Positions 23,901 to 39,500 of a DNA stretch of 64,000 nt are shown here, piece after piece (positions within the stretch are counted from its first letter, which is position 1; each line of letters begins with the position of its first letter). The notes under the pieces were generated by a model, which was not told where the DNA came from, ran no database searches, and was given only the letters and a program-made list of their open reading frames with translations. Source of the DNA: Lytechinus pictus (Eukaryota); the NCBI RefSeq assembly GCF_037042905.1, contig NC_087251.1, positions 26,352,001-26,416,000 on the forward strand, written 5' to 3'. The position numbers were made by a program, and so were the translations under genes.

Positions 23901-26900
23901 ATGGGACTAAACATGCATAACCAGCATTAACATCCAATCCCAATTTGTAAAGATCACTGGAAAAGTTTAAATAGTTTGAATAGTGACCCACTGCATGCTC
24001 AGTCAACTTTCCCCAAAAAGGCAGTTAAGCTGAACACCGAAACAAGTGTACGGGACCAAACATGCATAACCAGCATTAACATCTAATCCCAATTTGTAGA
24101 GATCACTGGAATAGTTTGAATACTATACAAGGGGAATTCAAAAACAAGCCTTTGAATTTGACATTTTGACTATAATATCATTTTCAGATACATAAAAGAA
24201 TGTGAGCATATTGTCCCAAATCTAACTGAAGATTTCATTTTCTTTTGTTTCTTTGTGAATGTAGGAATTAACCTACCTTTCCCCCAAACTGAATATTCTT
24301 TTAATCAGTTTATTTGTGAATGTAATAATTTGCCTTCATTTTTCCCCGAAACTTAACTTTCCCATTAATCTGACCCTTTATAAGTGTAAGGATGAACCTA
24401 CCTCCTAGGACTGCCATCTTCACATGGTGGAACAACAACCACCTTGACGGTCTGAGAGGTCCGTAGTAGATCTATCATCTCTTCATGCGTCTGGGTACAT
24501 ACAGCTATCTCACAAATCTAAGGAGACAAAACATAATCAATATGGTGATAATGACAGTTACAATTATAGAGTACTGAATGTAGTGTTTGAAGCACTTTTA
24601 ACTTGTAAATATATAAATTCAACATATAATTGACATAACACACATTATAAAATCAAGTCTCTTTCTGCTTTGGAGAATCAGTAATTCAGTCAGTAGTTGT
24701 AAATCTTGTTTTGTACAAGGGTGATCAGATTCACCTCCCACTTGCGACAATCAACCATATCCCCTCCCTCCACTTTGCATGATTCAGTGCATCCTCCTTC
24801 CTCTTCCCAACCCTCCACTTGTTTCTTGTATGTCTTCTTTGACCGTCCACTTCGCTTCAAAGCCCCCCCCCCCCTCCACCTCAAATGAAAAAGCCCTTCT
24901 TAAAACATGCCTGTCAGAGTTTTTACCATTTCCTGATTCCTCAATTTTTATTTGTTTTCCCCACTACAGCTGATCACCTTCAGAGTGAGTTACTTCTGTC
25001 AATTCTGGTAGACAAATGGCATTTTATAAACAAAAAATGGTACTTCTTCAATCGTACTGACCGCAAACATGCTCTAATCCTATAATGTGCATACTTTACA
25101 TGCAAACTTTTTTTTTTCATTTATTTTTTGCATTACATTTTTAAAGTAACTTTTTAGGGTTGGCTCTTACCTCAACAAGCCTTGCTCCTTTTCTTAGTCC
25201 AGCCTGCCATGCAAACCCATATGGATCTACCTCAACTACTATACCCTGGTAGTGTACATGGAAGCCAAGCTGACCAAGGCCATTACGTCTCAAGGTGATC
25301 TCTTTGGTCTGCAACAAAAAGGCATAAAACAATGAAATAAGTGAACAAACCTAAAATATATTACAAATTAATCTCCTTTTTTTTTAACAAAGACAAAAAT
25401 CTGTTGCTTGAGATGAAGTTATATTGCAAAAGAATTCAGACAAAACTGTTAATAGAAAATTTATAGAGTACAGCAAAGCAAAGACAAGATAGATCAACTA
25501 TTATAAGGCATTCAGCGTTATAAATGCCTTAGATATGGGTAGAGACTTCAATCTCAGTTTATGGTGGTTTTTCTACAGCTGTTTGTATGCTATAAGCAAC
25601 TGTTCTCATGACTGGTGACCAGTTCTTGTGGTATATGAGATATCCTTATTTGTCTTGTTTTGACATAAATAAATGTGACTCTAAGTCCTACTTTACGCTC
25701 TGTGAAACACACCCCAGATGTGTGTAAATCCTGCATTACTTTTGTACAGCTTCATGAAAGACCACCATGGTATGTAACTGAACAACATACAGGCAAAACA
25801 AAATGGGTGATTTCAAGTTCAGTGTTGACCATTTGGTGTTGGTGTTTTTTTTACACGATTATAACACCAAACATAAAATGAAGATGGTCCCAAAAAGTCA
25901 CTCGCTAGTTGTTGAGATGTCAATGATGTGATCTGGATCAGTTTTACAAACTCTGAATAAGTTTTGGAGCTGGGGGAAGCAATCCAAATTTCAACACCAA
26001 GGCTAACACCGGACTTGAAATCACCCAATGTGTCAAGGTCACAGCATACTTACCCTAGTACCGTTGGATACTGCTTCAAATCTCTTGACAATCTCAGGTA
26101 CCTCATCAAGATCTTGATCAGGAATGCGTACTCTAACACAGTTACCTTCGTTGAAGTACAGCTTCAATCTAGAATATTCCAAAAGATTATTGTAAACAAG
26201 GAATCAGTGGTGTGTTTGTGAGTGTATATTGTATCATGTAGAATTATGTAATTGGAATCATTTCAAAAGCAAAGCTATACCAAAGATCATTGGGGGATTT
26301 TCTGAATGAGGATTGTAACAAAATGACATCATTAGAATCTTATTCCACAATTTGTTCATTTTCTACTTTCATTTTCTACCTATTTGCATATTTTCTACTA
26401 CCTTATCCTATTTTCTACTAGCTATTTAAAAGCTCCTCATTCTCTTTTAAATCTTTTTAATCTTCATCATTATCATCATCATCATCATCACAATCATCAT
26501 CGTCGTCGTCATCGTCATCATCATCGTCATCGTCATCACCATTACCATCATCATCCCCGATATCACCACCACCACCACCATCCTCCTCCTTCTTACCCAT
26601 GTGGATACGGAGTCCAGCCAATAACAGACACACATGGAATGGAGAAAAGAACCTCTCTCGTATGGTAGTTTGTTAGAACCATCATATCCATGGAGACAGC
26701 TAGTAAACAATCCACTGGATCTGACAAACTGAAGTCTTCGGCCTAGAATAAGAAATAGACCAATATCATAAACAGATTACATTTTTTCCACCAATAATGA
26801 CAACAAATTGATTTTTCTGAACTGCATTTCTCAAAACACATTCCACGTAAATGTATCAAATTTAAAACTACAGACAACTTTGATTTAAGATCTCATTTTA

Positions 26901-27498
26901 AGCTTTAATGTGTTAAATACCAATTTCAAAAAATTTGAAAGCATTTCTTTTTTCTTGATTTTTTCTTAACAAAGTGCAGCTAATGTGATACAGATTCCTG
27001 TCTTTTGTATTAATGAGGAAAAAATTAAGTCACTGATCAAAACTAGAAAAAGACAATTATCAATCGGAAAATTGGAGGATACAAACATGCACTTAAAATG
27101 GGCATGGACAACTGAAATTATTAATAAAGGACAATTATACTATACTCTCAAACAAAAAACATAACATCTCAAATAGATAACTATATTCAAGCAACAAGAG
27201 ACATGGAGAAGGGTAATGGGAAAGGGTGATGACATTGGTGTGGACAAAATATAAATAAGGCCAAGAAAGACAAAGTTTGCTTGCCACAATCCAGGAGAAC
27301 ATAATGAACCCTGCGAACTTAAATGTACAAATTTGAACCCTCCCCCCCCCCTCAAAAAGAAAAAAATGTGCTGATTGACCTTCATTTTTTATTATTTTTC
27401 TACATTTTCTTCTTTTTTTTTTTAAATAATAAAAACTGGAAAATGGCCCTGTAGAAATTCCTCTAATTTATATCATTTGCTAGAAACACTGACCTTAG

Positions 27499-27530
<32 letters not shown>

Positions 27531-30500
27531 ACCAACCCTTGTACCTTTGTTACTGCAAACAATCATTTTATTTTTCTCGGAAAGTATGATCATATGTAAA
27601 AAAGGAAGCATAACACCAAAACAGGTTTATACAAGAGTGAGACCAAAGACGTCTATCGGGGAGGGGGGGGGGTGGCAAACAAGTGTCTACTAAAGTGAGA
27701 CCACGACGGACCTTTCTTAAAAAGTGATTGACCACTCTGTCTCAGATTTAGCACAACATAACAAATATCACATTGTGAAAATTACAATATGTATGAAAGC
27801 AAACGCCAACCCGTCTGGAAAGCATATATGCACATTTTCAGTTCTTCAGGTAATATGAAATCATTCTATGGTAGTTACAACTGACTTAGCTTTTGCTGCA
27901 AGAAGCAATAAATATGTACAAATAGGAATAAAGCTGAGATCTGTCATTTTTTTGCAGTTTGAAGCTGGTCATCGATGATGGCCGCATTTGATGTTTGCAA
28001 TCATGCACGGGTATACTACGTTAGTATTGTCTAGAATTGGTACAAATTCTTCATACTCTCTACTTTCAAGCTTACTGTATGCACTGAATAACAGAGTATC
28101 CCACGATGAATGACATTTTGCTTCATATGAAACTTGACTTGTGTTTCGTACAGGAAGTTCAGAAACCATCTGATTCCAGTATGCAAAAGTTTAATACACT
28201 GGAATGTTGTCTCTGAGTGGTGATATACATGTATTATTGGGCTATTGCGGGAAATTTACGTTCAATTGTAAATCAAGCATAAGTCCCCAAATTAAGCATT
28301 AAGAGGTGTAGCAAGAAAGTCGAGTAGCAACTGAATGCAAATCAACTACAAAAGTTTGTGTTTAATCAAATGGCTTAATCCTTTGATTTGGGACTTGCTC
28401 TCGATAGATATGAAATTAGACGTAAGGTTCTTGCAAACGCCGCATATAGCACCAATGGATTCATAAGCCAGCCCCATCTCCCTGCTCGGGAGGGGGGGGG
28501 GGGAGTACAAAATGATTACTACAACAGATCTTTATTGGGTCATACAGAGCATTGGACATCCCCCTGACATGATATTTTCATTTTTTATTTATTTCATTTT
28601 ATTTTTTTGGGGTGAGCACTCTAATGACCTGTGGGATGGGTGAATGATGTGCATTTTATTATAATATAGTAGCCCCATCTAGTTGTAGGCAAGTATATAA
28701 CCAAATAGTGAGCATGAATGTTCCAATCACTGAAAAGTTAAACTTCATTTTTTTATGTCATGAGACTAAGTTCCATTGAAATTTACAATTCGCCCAAGGG
28801 GACTGTTCTTAGCTGGCAAATATTGCCCATTTACTCTAAGTAGTTTTTTGCACTGTTGAAGATTAATACAAATTCATAAGACTTTAAATAATCTATTGGC
28901 ATATTTGTCAATACATACAGGTACATGCATAAGCAACTGGTATCTTTGCCCTTTTCAGCCAAACAAATTTTATGTATGGTTTGAATAAAACCAAAATTAT
29001 ATCATCATTGCTACAGTGTGTACAGTGAGTTGCAGCTTGAATGAAGTAACACTGGATATGAGAAGTGAAATCAGAGTAAATGGATCAAAGATGAGATGAG
29101 CCACTCTGTGCATTTTCTTGAAACAAAGTGACATCCATACATCATAAAAACAAATGAAGATTGTGCAGAGCTTAAAATCACAAGTTTTCTCCTCAGTTGT
29201 TTTTTTTTTTCTTTCTTACTGTTCATCTTTCGTTTCAATGAATAATGATCCATCCCACCAAAAGGAAAGGTGTTATGGCTCTAAACATAAATAAGGAAAA
29301 CAAAATAACAGGCCAAAATGAATGTGTAGATATAAAGTTATATTGTGTGAAAAGGTAGATACAAGGCTTTGAAATTATACATAGCTTGTTGATTTTGATT
29401 AGCTTTCACTCATAAAAGTATGTGATTTATTAAGGAAAATTTTCAGGAAGTGAAGATGGGTTCGGTATATGATTTTCACACAGGCATGAGGTGTGCTTGC
29501 AAAGAAAGACCTAATGAAACTCTCAGTAAAAATGGCATTATAATAAAAATCTTGAATCTTGGCTTTGATTGAATTTTATGACTTCGTATTTTAAAAGGAA
29601 ATAGAGGATGAGACAAGACTGTTGTGTACATTTTGATGTATGAAGGACAAATGGGGAGTGGCTCATTACAGAGAATATTCTCTTGTGATATATCTACAGT
29701 ATAATCTGCAACTGGTGAAGACATTTTGAAAGTGATGTCTTAATCCAGGCAGGCAAATGAAAGGAAACCTTGTTATGCTTATCAGAGACGATAGATATTT
29801 GAAATAAAGAGTGTTTACGTCAGACGTTAAATCATATGATTCCATAGCTACATTGAATTTGTGCTATATTCAACTCTCTCCCTTCCCTTTCAAAACACAG
29901 AGTCTATGTAATTGTATGGGAATGAAAATAACGGCCCAATACAGAAACAAAACAAAGAATATATAGCAAGCCTCTTTTAAGACAAAACTCTGAAGTTCTA
30001 CTGGGAATAGACATGTTTACTATAAAAAAAAACACAACTAATATGAAATCCAACTATATTTGTGCACAAAACAAATTACTGAAATGTCAAGTGATTACAC
30101 ACTACCATCTAATGTCTTTGGTGAGTAAAAATTACAAAACTGCATGCAACAATTTTGTTTTTCCAAGTAAATGATCCAGGATTGTACAAAGAGAGGTTAA
30201 GGGTCAAGGAAATAACTCTAAATAAGAACCAAGAGAAAATAAGAACTACAAATCAATCCATGCTTGATATGATGAGGCAGCAAGCACTATGAAATGAAAT
30301 TTGCCATTAAAAAACATAAACAAAATACAAACAACCATCCAAATCAAATATCCAACTCAAAACAAACATAACAAAATGTTTCAAATGCATTTTTTTTTCT
30401 TTCAAAGTTGGTGCAAATTTGTTCACCTTTGAATTAACGCCTTTCCCAATGGGTGACCACATGAAAACCTGTGTTCATAATTCGGGCAAGAAATGATGAA

Positions 30501-33500
30501 ATTTTGACGTTTGAAGGGTTTTTTTTACTCTGAATCCATGTTAACAAAAAGTTTTATGTAAAAATCATCACGAGGCCTATAATAAAAATATTTCATTAGA
30601 TATCTTGGTGGTTAATTTTATGTGCTATCTACAAAAGTACCCTAATATGTAATATATATTGAATGACTACAAACTGCCAATATATGTCCCAATACAAAAT
30701 GACTTTTTAATTTGTGTACAATATTTGAGGGCAGTTCATGAAACATAAACTGGCAAAAGTAAATGGATACATCATGATTACTGAAGTAAATACAACCTTA
30801 TTTAAAGGTACAATAAAAACTAATATCATGATCTATCATTAATATTATATAAGAAATATGAAGAGCTATATTTCACTGCTATTTCTGTTCAGAATTCAGC
30901 CTTGATATAAGTTAACTTCGACAAAAAGCCATTCATATAAAAAGAATATAAACCCGATCCAGATCCTGAAACAAAATACTCTCGGGCAGCCATTCCCACT
31001 GCACAGTAGTATGGCAAACTGAAGACAAAATTCTGGTGTTATAACATTCATAACTGCCATTCAAATATTTTGTGTTATGAAACTTTTATCCCGTGCACAG
31101 AACCAGTTTTGAGATAGTTAAACAAATTTTTTCTCGCATTCAAAATCAAACATCATGATTCAAGAAAGAGTAAGAAAAGAGGCATTGTCAAGTATCTACA
31201 TACCTGAACATCCCAAACCAAAGCTCCTTTTGCCTTGAAGTCTGGGGCAGGTCTGGGGCAAGTCTTTTCCTTCTTCTTGTCAAATAGTTTGAACTTGCCC
31301 CCTCCTCCCGTCTCGATGGCCGTCGAGGTCACGTAGGAAGCAGCTAGATCCTTGAGGTATTCCTTGCGGGTACGCGTTGCCATGGCAATGAACTTGTCTG
31401 CCTTGTGCACAGCGTTTTCAGCATTGATGACTGAATCAGAAATGAAAAGAAATAACTTTTAAAATTAGAAATGAATAAATCAGATAAGTTAAGTATAGTG
31501 ATGTTTTGCAAATTTGCAAAAATAATATAAATGTATTTTTTGCATGGTCTAATATCATTGAGTTAAATTGAACTGAATTGAATTGAATTAAACTGATTAG
31601 CTGAATTGGCATTTATACAATTACAAGATTTTCATCTAATGCATTCGAGCCAAAATGTCATTTACACCAAGAGATATTTAGTAGATGATAATTTCAAGAA
31701 TTTGGAATAGAGCAATGTCTTGATGAACCATTGTGGCCTTAAAATGATTACTTCACCATACACTTTGTATTTGCATGTCAAGAGGGACTTACTTTTGGCA
31801 AGAAGGAAATCTGCAAAAGCTTTTGATTTCTGGAAAGTGGCATTTACTGGCAAGGGAGGGCCAAAAGATGGGACTTCTTTAGATCTGCTCACAGCAATCC
31901 TGAAAGAAAAGTAAAATTACCAAATCATAAGTTCACAGTTTAGGTCAGCATTGTCTTGTTGTGTCTTTTTTCAGTAACTACTTATCATTGAATATAAGAG
32001 ACTGTAAGGCAGGATTTATTATTTCAATTCATATGTGAAATGGGAGACACAAAAAATATGTTGTTGTTTTTTAAGGAGGGATAAATAAATAAGGCAGGTA
32101 GACATCAAATGATTCATAGTTAGTCTTATTATCAGACAGTCTAATAACACTTGTGTTTAAATTCATTGCTTGATTATCATAACATTGATAATAAAGTTAA
32201 ATTTTGATTGAATTACACTGCACTTTTAAGAGTACCTAAATAGTTGACTTTCTTGTAACAGCCATGACCTGAAGACCATTCATATTTTTATCCAAGAATT
32301 TGATGGGAAATATCTAAACTTGTAACAATGGCAACTACATGGCAAACTGGAGAGCATTTCATGAAAGAATTTATCAGATGTTTTATCCGACAAAGTCAGT
32401 TTATCCAAGTTACCATAGTAATGGTGCTTCTCAAGCCAATCAAAATCAAGGAAATCTTTCAGATCTGACATGAGGGAGAATATCAAATGGGCATTAATAG
32501 ATAAAATGATGAGATGAAGTGACTATACAGCAGGCCCTCATTGAGACAATGACAGCAGCTGTATGGTGCATGTTGAGATACACTTACGAGTAGTGGACAT
32601 TCTCTGTGTTTGGTTCGTGGACTCGTACAATGATGAAAACATGCTGGAATTGTGAGCGTACATTCTTTGGTGTGAACGGAAGAGCCCCTGGCTCCTGGAA
32701 CACGATGGTCACTATGTCATTGCCTATGTGCCTCTTCCTCAGCAGCTATTCAAGAAATCAGAATATATGTTTAACATCAAATTAACATCCAGTAATCTAA
32801 AACTCAATATTTTGATAGATTTATGAATATTTAATTTTGTGATATTACATGTGACCAGTTCCTGGATGTATCATGTGATATACATTCCATGAAGTGACTT
32901 CCGCTAAGAAAAGGAAATGAGATTGATTTTACTTCTAAATTCAATATATGATCAAATCTATTATCTTATGCACACTTCTATAGAAAATGCTTCCATGTGA
33001 TGTCACAAAATCAAACATTAAATATGCATACTTTTTATTCTTGGATGCATTTACATCAAATCTACATTAGCATGCTTCTCATAATTTATACTTTTATTAA
33101 AGCTGTCTTAATGTCACGGTGAATTTCTCCTTTAAAACCATCATTTTTGGGGGGGATTCTACCAAACAACCAATATAAAATTGCAACTTTAAATGAAATA
33201 TGGAAACTATTTTAACTTTTTTCTAAGAATAAACACAAAATCAGATTGAAAATCTGAAAGAGGTATGATATTCTTTGATTATGTAAGCCTTTAATCCATT
33301 TCAACATGACAATTCCAACATTAAAGAAGATTAAAATCTTGAAAGAGGTATGGTAGTACTCTTGGCAATAGACATGCAGTGGCCTTGAGTCCCTGAGACA
33401 TTATGTTTGCTTAATCATTAATGTCTATGACTCATTACATAATGTTGGCACAAAATAGTCACAATGTAACCGCAGAATAAAATTGCTCAGTCATTGAAAT

Positions 33501-36500
33501 CCTTATTGTAATCCTTATATTTATTTATATTTCTTTTCAATAAACAGCTCATGCCTTCTATACAAAAGTAAGAGACCACTGTATTAAATGAAAAGGTAAA
33601 ACTACTATATACATGTATACAAGAAAAATAATGTAAGAAGCCCTGAAGCCGCTATAAGTGAGGTAGGTCAAAGAGCATACCCCTAACCAAGGAGGTGCTT
33701 TAAGTTCTCCAGTGGCTTTTATAAACAAATTATTATTTTAATTTGTTCAGATCTATGGCAATCTAATAATACCAATCATGTTTCTTGTATTTTCTAGATG
33801 CCAAGCCGACTATATATATTTCAATCATGTACATACAGGTATATAATTGTATAAAGTGACCAAGTATTATAAAGACAAGTGCAAAAGCATTCTTTTTCAA
33901 TAGCTGATTAGTCTCAGTATAGATCGCAATTCATCATGAGACAGAATTCTAGTATGAACAGAGCATGATTACCAATGCACTTTTATTTGTTGTTGTGATA
34001 TATTTTAGATCACTTATTAATTGTAAAATAATTTCTTTGGAAATTATTGATTTTTTTCATATCTATTGGATATTTTACAATGATCATGAGAGCTGTGAAG
34101 ATAGGGAAATAATGAAAAATTAGCAAAATGTGAGACTACTTGAAGAGGGACTATATGAATTTCCATCATCATGCTCACATTGTGGCATACTAATATTACA
34201 TTTCATCATGCCTTGTGATCAAGAATCATTTATTCACATATGCATAATCAAAGGTGAATAAACTTTTCTTTTCCTGGTCATTTAATATTCATATTATATT
34301 TCAATCCTTGACTTTCAGATGAACTGCTATCATATGACTAAACTATTCCTTTATACAGTGTGTCCCAGAAAAAAAGTCTCTCAGCAATTTTATCCAGCAT
34401 CTTAGATTCATATTCTTTTAAATCATTATGAAGTTGGTTGATATATTATTATGATGCCTAATATCATATGAAAGGGTTGTACATACATATAAATTAACAA
34501 GAATAATTTTGGGGAGTCAAAATCAATGGCAGAATAACTGGTCAAAATTTGTAAGGATAAGATGACTTCACATGGCTCATCAGTATTTAATTAATATTGT
34601 TTGTTATGTTACTTTCGCTAAATCTCTGACTGTGTAAATAATAAACATTTACCCATATACCAGTTTCTGAGCAAATAGTTTTTGACAATATCTCAGTTTT
34701 AAATGTTTCATTATCAGCCATGATTGAATGGTTCAGTAAGAACTAGGCCTCGAATCAGAGGAGATTTTATTCAAACTACTAACATCAAATTTAAATTTGA
34801 ATTATATTTTATGATTTTTATATCCATCTATGAAAATGGCTTTCCACTTTTCTGGGCTGCACTGTATATGATCTTACAGAACAAGGAAATCACACAATTA
34901 TTGTTTATAATAGAGCTTTATACATTTTTGGCAGACCATCAAAAAACTACTTCATTAATATTTCTGTCGCAGATGATGGCAAATGCTTTTGTTCTTTGTG
35001 GTTTGACTAATTACAAACCAAAATAGCAACTGTTCACAAAACTGGTTAGATAGGTTTATCACATGATCACATTAATCTGAATTATTTTTTTGTTTCATTT
35101 TACTTCCTTATTTGTGTTCATTTTTTTTTCTGGATTTCAAGGTCATTTTTCTTTTAAAGTTTACAATACATATTGCACATTGAAAAAGAAAATAAGGGCT
35201 ATTGGAAATAGAATTTCTATATTTGCACGGACTGATAGAAAAATGTTTTCATTCAATTTTACATGACTCTGATACAACTTGGTTTAGTTAGATTTGAATC
35301 TATCACAACTCTTTGTAAGATGAGTCCCTGGAAGATTATATGCTTAGATTTCATGAATTGTGTTTGATTGCAACTCTATATGCAACTGGCCCCTCAATTC
35401 ATAATTACTGCCACATAGGGTTTCGTCTAATACCAGAGAGAGAGGATTATATCAAAGAGTCTGAATAACAAGACTAACCTGTTGTCTGTTGTTTGTAAAC
35501 GGAAGCATAGTAGAAACATGGAACATGAGTTCCTTGCTTTGATACATGGCGTATAGTGAGTGTGTGCCTGTTGAATCCGCTGCAAAATATCAGAGGAATA
35601 AAAACATGATAACATCATTTCCTTCAACAGACACATTATCAGCACCAAAACAATCAAGAAATAATATGTACACTTACATTTGTTAAATAAAACTAACAAA
35701 AAAAATCATTCATCAGTATAATACTGGAAAAGAAAAATTATTCATGAGTATAATCAAGGAGATATCTCCTTGGTATAATACTGTAAATGTTCAATTTTTG
35801 CCAGTGTCAATCACTCTGTTAGTATTAATTCTGTGATATTTATCACAGCTGGAATATAACTGTAATTATGCACTCCAGAATACCTTCAACGGTGTTGTTC
35901 ACAAGGGATCCAAACACATTGATAATAAAATATTGTGTAAACTCACTCTTATTATCTAGCTGTGCCCTGTACTTCTCAAAGTCTTTGAGTCGAATCTTGT
36001 CCCCTATGCACTCTAAGAACTCATCAAATGCTGGACTTGCATGCTCTGTTAAACGTCAGGAAGTGAAGGAACACCAAAACAAGTGAATTAGCATTAAAAA
36101 AATATAGCTTAAAAAGTAACAATTCACTAACCACCAAAATGTGACCTGATAAGATTCAGTAATGATATAAAATCAATACCAGAATGAATAAAAATGATTG
36201 ATTCCAATTGAATTGCAGGAAAATATTCAAAACCAAAAGTCACATCCTGTTTGAACAGCACAAGCTCAAGACTTGAAACAACTCATATGTACTTCCAGGG
36301 GTCTTAACCAAGATGAAACATATTTTTTTTGATAAATGACCTTTTATTTGAAATATAAAGGGAAAACATTACAAATAATTTATACATTAACCTTTCTACA
36401 TAAAAGAGCATGTTATACAAGTAGTTGGTCATGCTGAATCCCTACATGTAATTCTTAATTAAGGCAAGATTAAGTCAATATTTTACATAAAAAGCTTCTT

Positions 36501-39500
36501 CTTATTTTCAATGATTGAATAATAAACATTTTTTATTGCTTTCATAAATACCAAGGTTAATTGGCCATTTTTGCCTCATTTCAAACACAAGAAAAACCTT
36601 ATGCATTAATGTGTTAAATGACATATTTAGAAACTGAGGAAACACTGGTCATCAAAATTATGTAATGATGGCAGTTAGAACCAAATGAGTCATTAAAGGA
36701 GACAGGGGATTACCGTTGTTATACATCTCTTCCTCTGTGCTTTGTCCAGCTTTGCAATACATGATGCCAACTTTGTAATGATCTGTGACCTGGATTTAAG
36801 AAAAATGATGACAGACAGTGAGATTTAATTGCAATTAATTTTGCAACAGTGCTCCAATCAAGGTTACGAAAACCAAGATGAATGATCAAATGAATATACA
36901 TCTGAACTAACAAATAAATAACTGCTTTATACATGAATTGAAAAAAAATGAACAAATGATTGAAGAATAAATGAATCAATTACCAAATAAGTGACTGAAA
37001 GGATAATCAATAACTTAATTGAAATAAACAAATGAATTACACGTAAAAATAAAGATTAACAAATAAATTAACAAATAAACAATGCATAAGAAATACATGT
37101 ATACAATGTAAATCAAAATCACAATGGATAAACAATTGAATAGCTTAGTAACTAACAATTAATACATAGATAAAACAATCAATCCATCAAATAATCAAAC
37201 ATTCAATCAATCAATCAATCAAATTCCTCTGTGTACTCGTACTAACCCCTTGTTCATCAATCTTGAGAAGCTGATCTCTGACCTTAGGTGAGTCTGGGGC
37301 AAGGCGTAAGCAAGCAAGAGGTAGGTCAGGTGCAATATATTCCAGTACATCACGCAATGGAATGCCTCGATTAGTATTGTGTTTCGTGGTGGAAGGGATG
37401 GAGTCCTCCATAACTGAGCCTCGTAATGTTGTAAGCTGCACAGTAAATATAAAATACAACAGAAAATACAGAGTTTAGATCAACATTAATAGGGTAAATC
37501 TATTATAAATGTATGGACACCAGTAAACTCTTTTGTTATGTTATACACTTAGAAATGATATGATAGCTAAGTATTTGCAATATCCACATAATGCCATTCT
37601 AGATCATGGGGGGGAACTTATGCTCGTTCAAGCTGATGGCTAAGCAAAAAAAATCAATAGTTCCAATGCAATAAAATATGATTCTAACACTATGCGGAAT
37701 GTCTGGATGAATATTCAAAATCAATTTTCAACATCAATATAAAAATTCTATAAATCATTTGGATCAGGACATTAAAGGTAGCCATTGTCAGGCCAAATAA
37801 TCATATCTAACTGATAAATAATTACACACAAATAATGATCAACTAAGCAGCAGATTTATAGATGAAAACAAAATATTTGAAATATTACAATTTGTGCTCT
37901 GGAACTAAATATACAATATTTTTTTTTTTATGTCAAAACTTAGAAATTTATGAAATGCTATTAACATGGTTTGCTAAGTTTGCTCACTTTTCTCTGCAGC
38001 CACCCCAGCTGTCTTTCCTAATTTAGTTAATCCTTTAATACCATTGCGCCACATCTCCCTCACTCTTCTCTATAAATCCTTTCATATACACTTTTTTTAG
38101 CTAGTCTAGCCCCGAAGACGCAAAATGGAATACAGTGTACATGTATGAGCCCACATCCACGTACATGTATTGTTCAATAATACAAACTAAACAACTTTGA
38201 TAAAAAAATCATATTTCTTCTTCTTCTTCCTCTCCTAAAACTCACAAAGGAATATTGATGATGAGCACATGGGAAGAGCAAATGTTTTTAAAAGTTTTAA
38301 ATGTTAAATCATGACAAAGTAATATTACTAAGAAAAAAAAATGTCCCCGATACCAGTACCAGCTTCCACTGAAGTTGTTTGTTTGATTGGTCAGATTAGA
38401 CAAGAGTATGTTTCATACTTTCACAGATGTGTTCAGGCAGGGTACCACTTTGGGACCTTTTTTGTTCTTAAGAATTATCACTCTGGATATTTCGGGAAAA
38501 GGAGTAAGTCTATGTACAGGAATTGTTCACATCAAGACAAAGACTAATAAACAACATTTGCATAGCTTTAAGATGGGTCTGAATCTAGAGACTACAACCC
38601 CACCTGGAGTTTTCCTCCATTATTCCAGCTATCACAAGTTCATTATCTGTCTATGATTGGAGATTACCTGCGTTGATACTTCTATCCTTGAGGATATTTT
38701 AGGGTCCCAAGAAAGCCCTCCCCTCAAGTTCGAATTCACTGCTACACCTACACATGTACGTATTAAAATCAAGCTACTTTCAAACTTAATCCAAGGCTCT
38801 CAGAAATTTGATTATACTTGGCCTTGTACTGTAAAAAGCATTCATACATAGAATTGCTTTTAATACATAATTCCTCATTACTGTGTCTTCCTCTGCCTAA
38901 CTGTGTAAATGAGTATGGAGTATATTGATAATTTCTATTTTCAGTAAAATCCTTGTTTCTGAAGAGGTATCCCATTCGTCCATTTTGAGTGGGCTTAGAG
39001 CCAACAATTTATAATGATCAAGACCGTTTCCTGTTCCAAAATAAACTTGAATATTTTTCAATAACGACCAACATGTTTTATATGCAGACAAATTCATATC
39101 AATTATTTGAGATAAATATCAATTAACACATTTAAATCCTAATAGGCTGTACAGGTATTGCCTGAGAAACAATGAGCTCTTATTTTGCACTTCCATTTCC
39201 CTTTTCTCTGACATTCCTTGCAAAAACAAATCTGGAAAATGACTGCCATATTTTCATTCTTTAATAATAAGCATGAATGAAATCAAAGTTATAAATGCTA
39301 TCATCAAAATAGATTTGACTAACAAATAAATGCAAGTTTCAGCAATTCTCAATGATGTTGTCCCTTAAGTAAAAAAAACTTCTTCATCTACATGTACAGG
39401 GATGGCTACTGTGCATGTAAAGAATTTCCTTAGCCTATGAAGAATGTCACTTGACATAAAACACAGACAATTTATTGAGGAAGAGTGGTCGGCCATGGCA

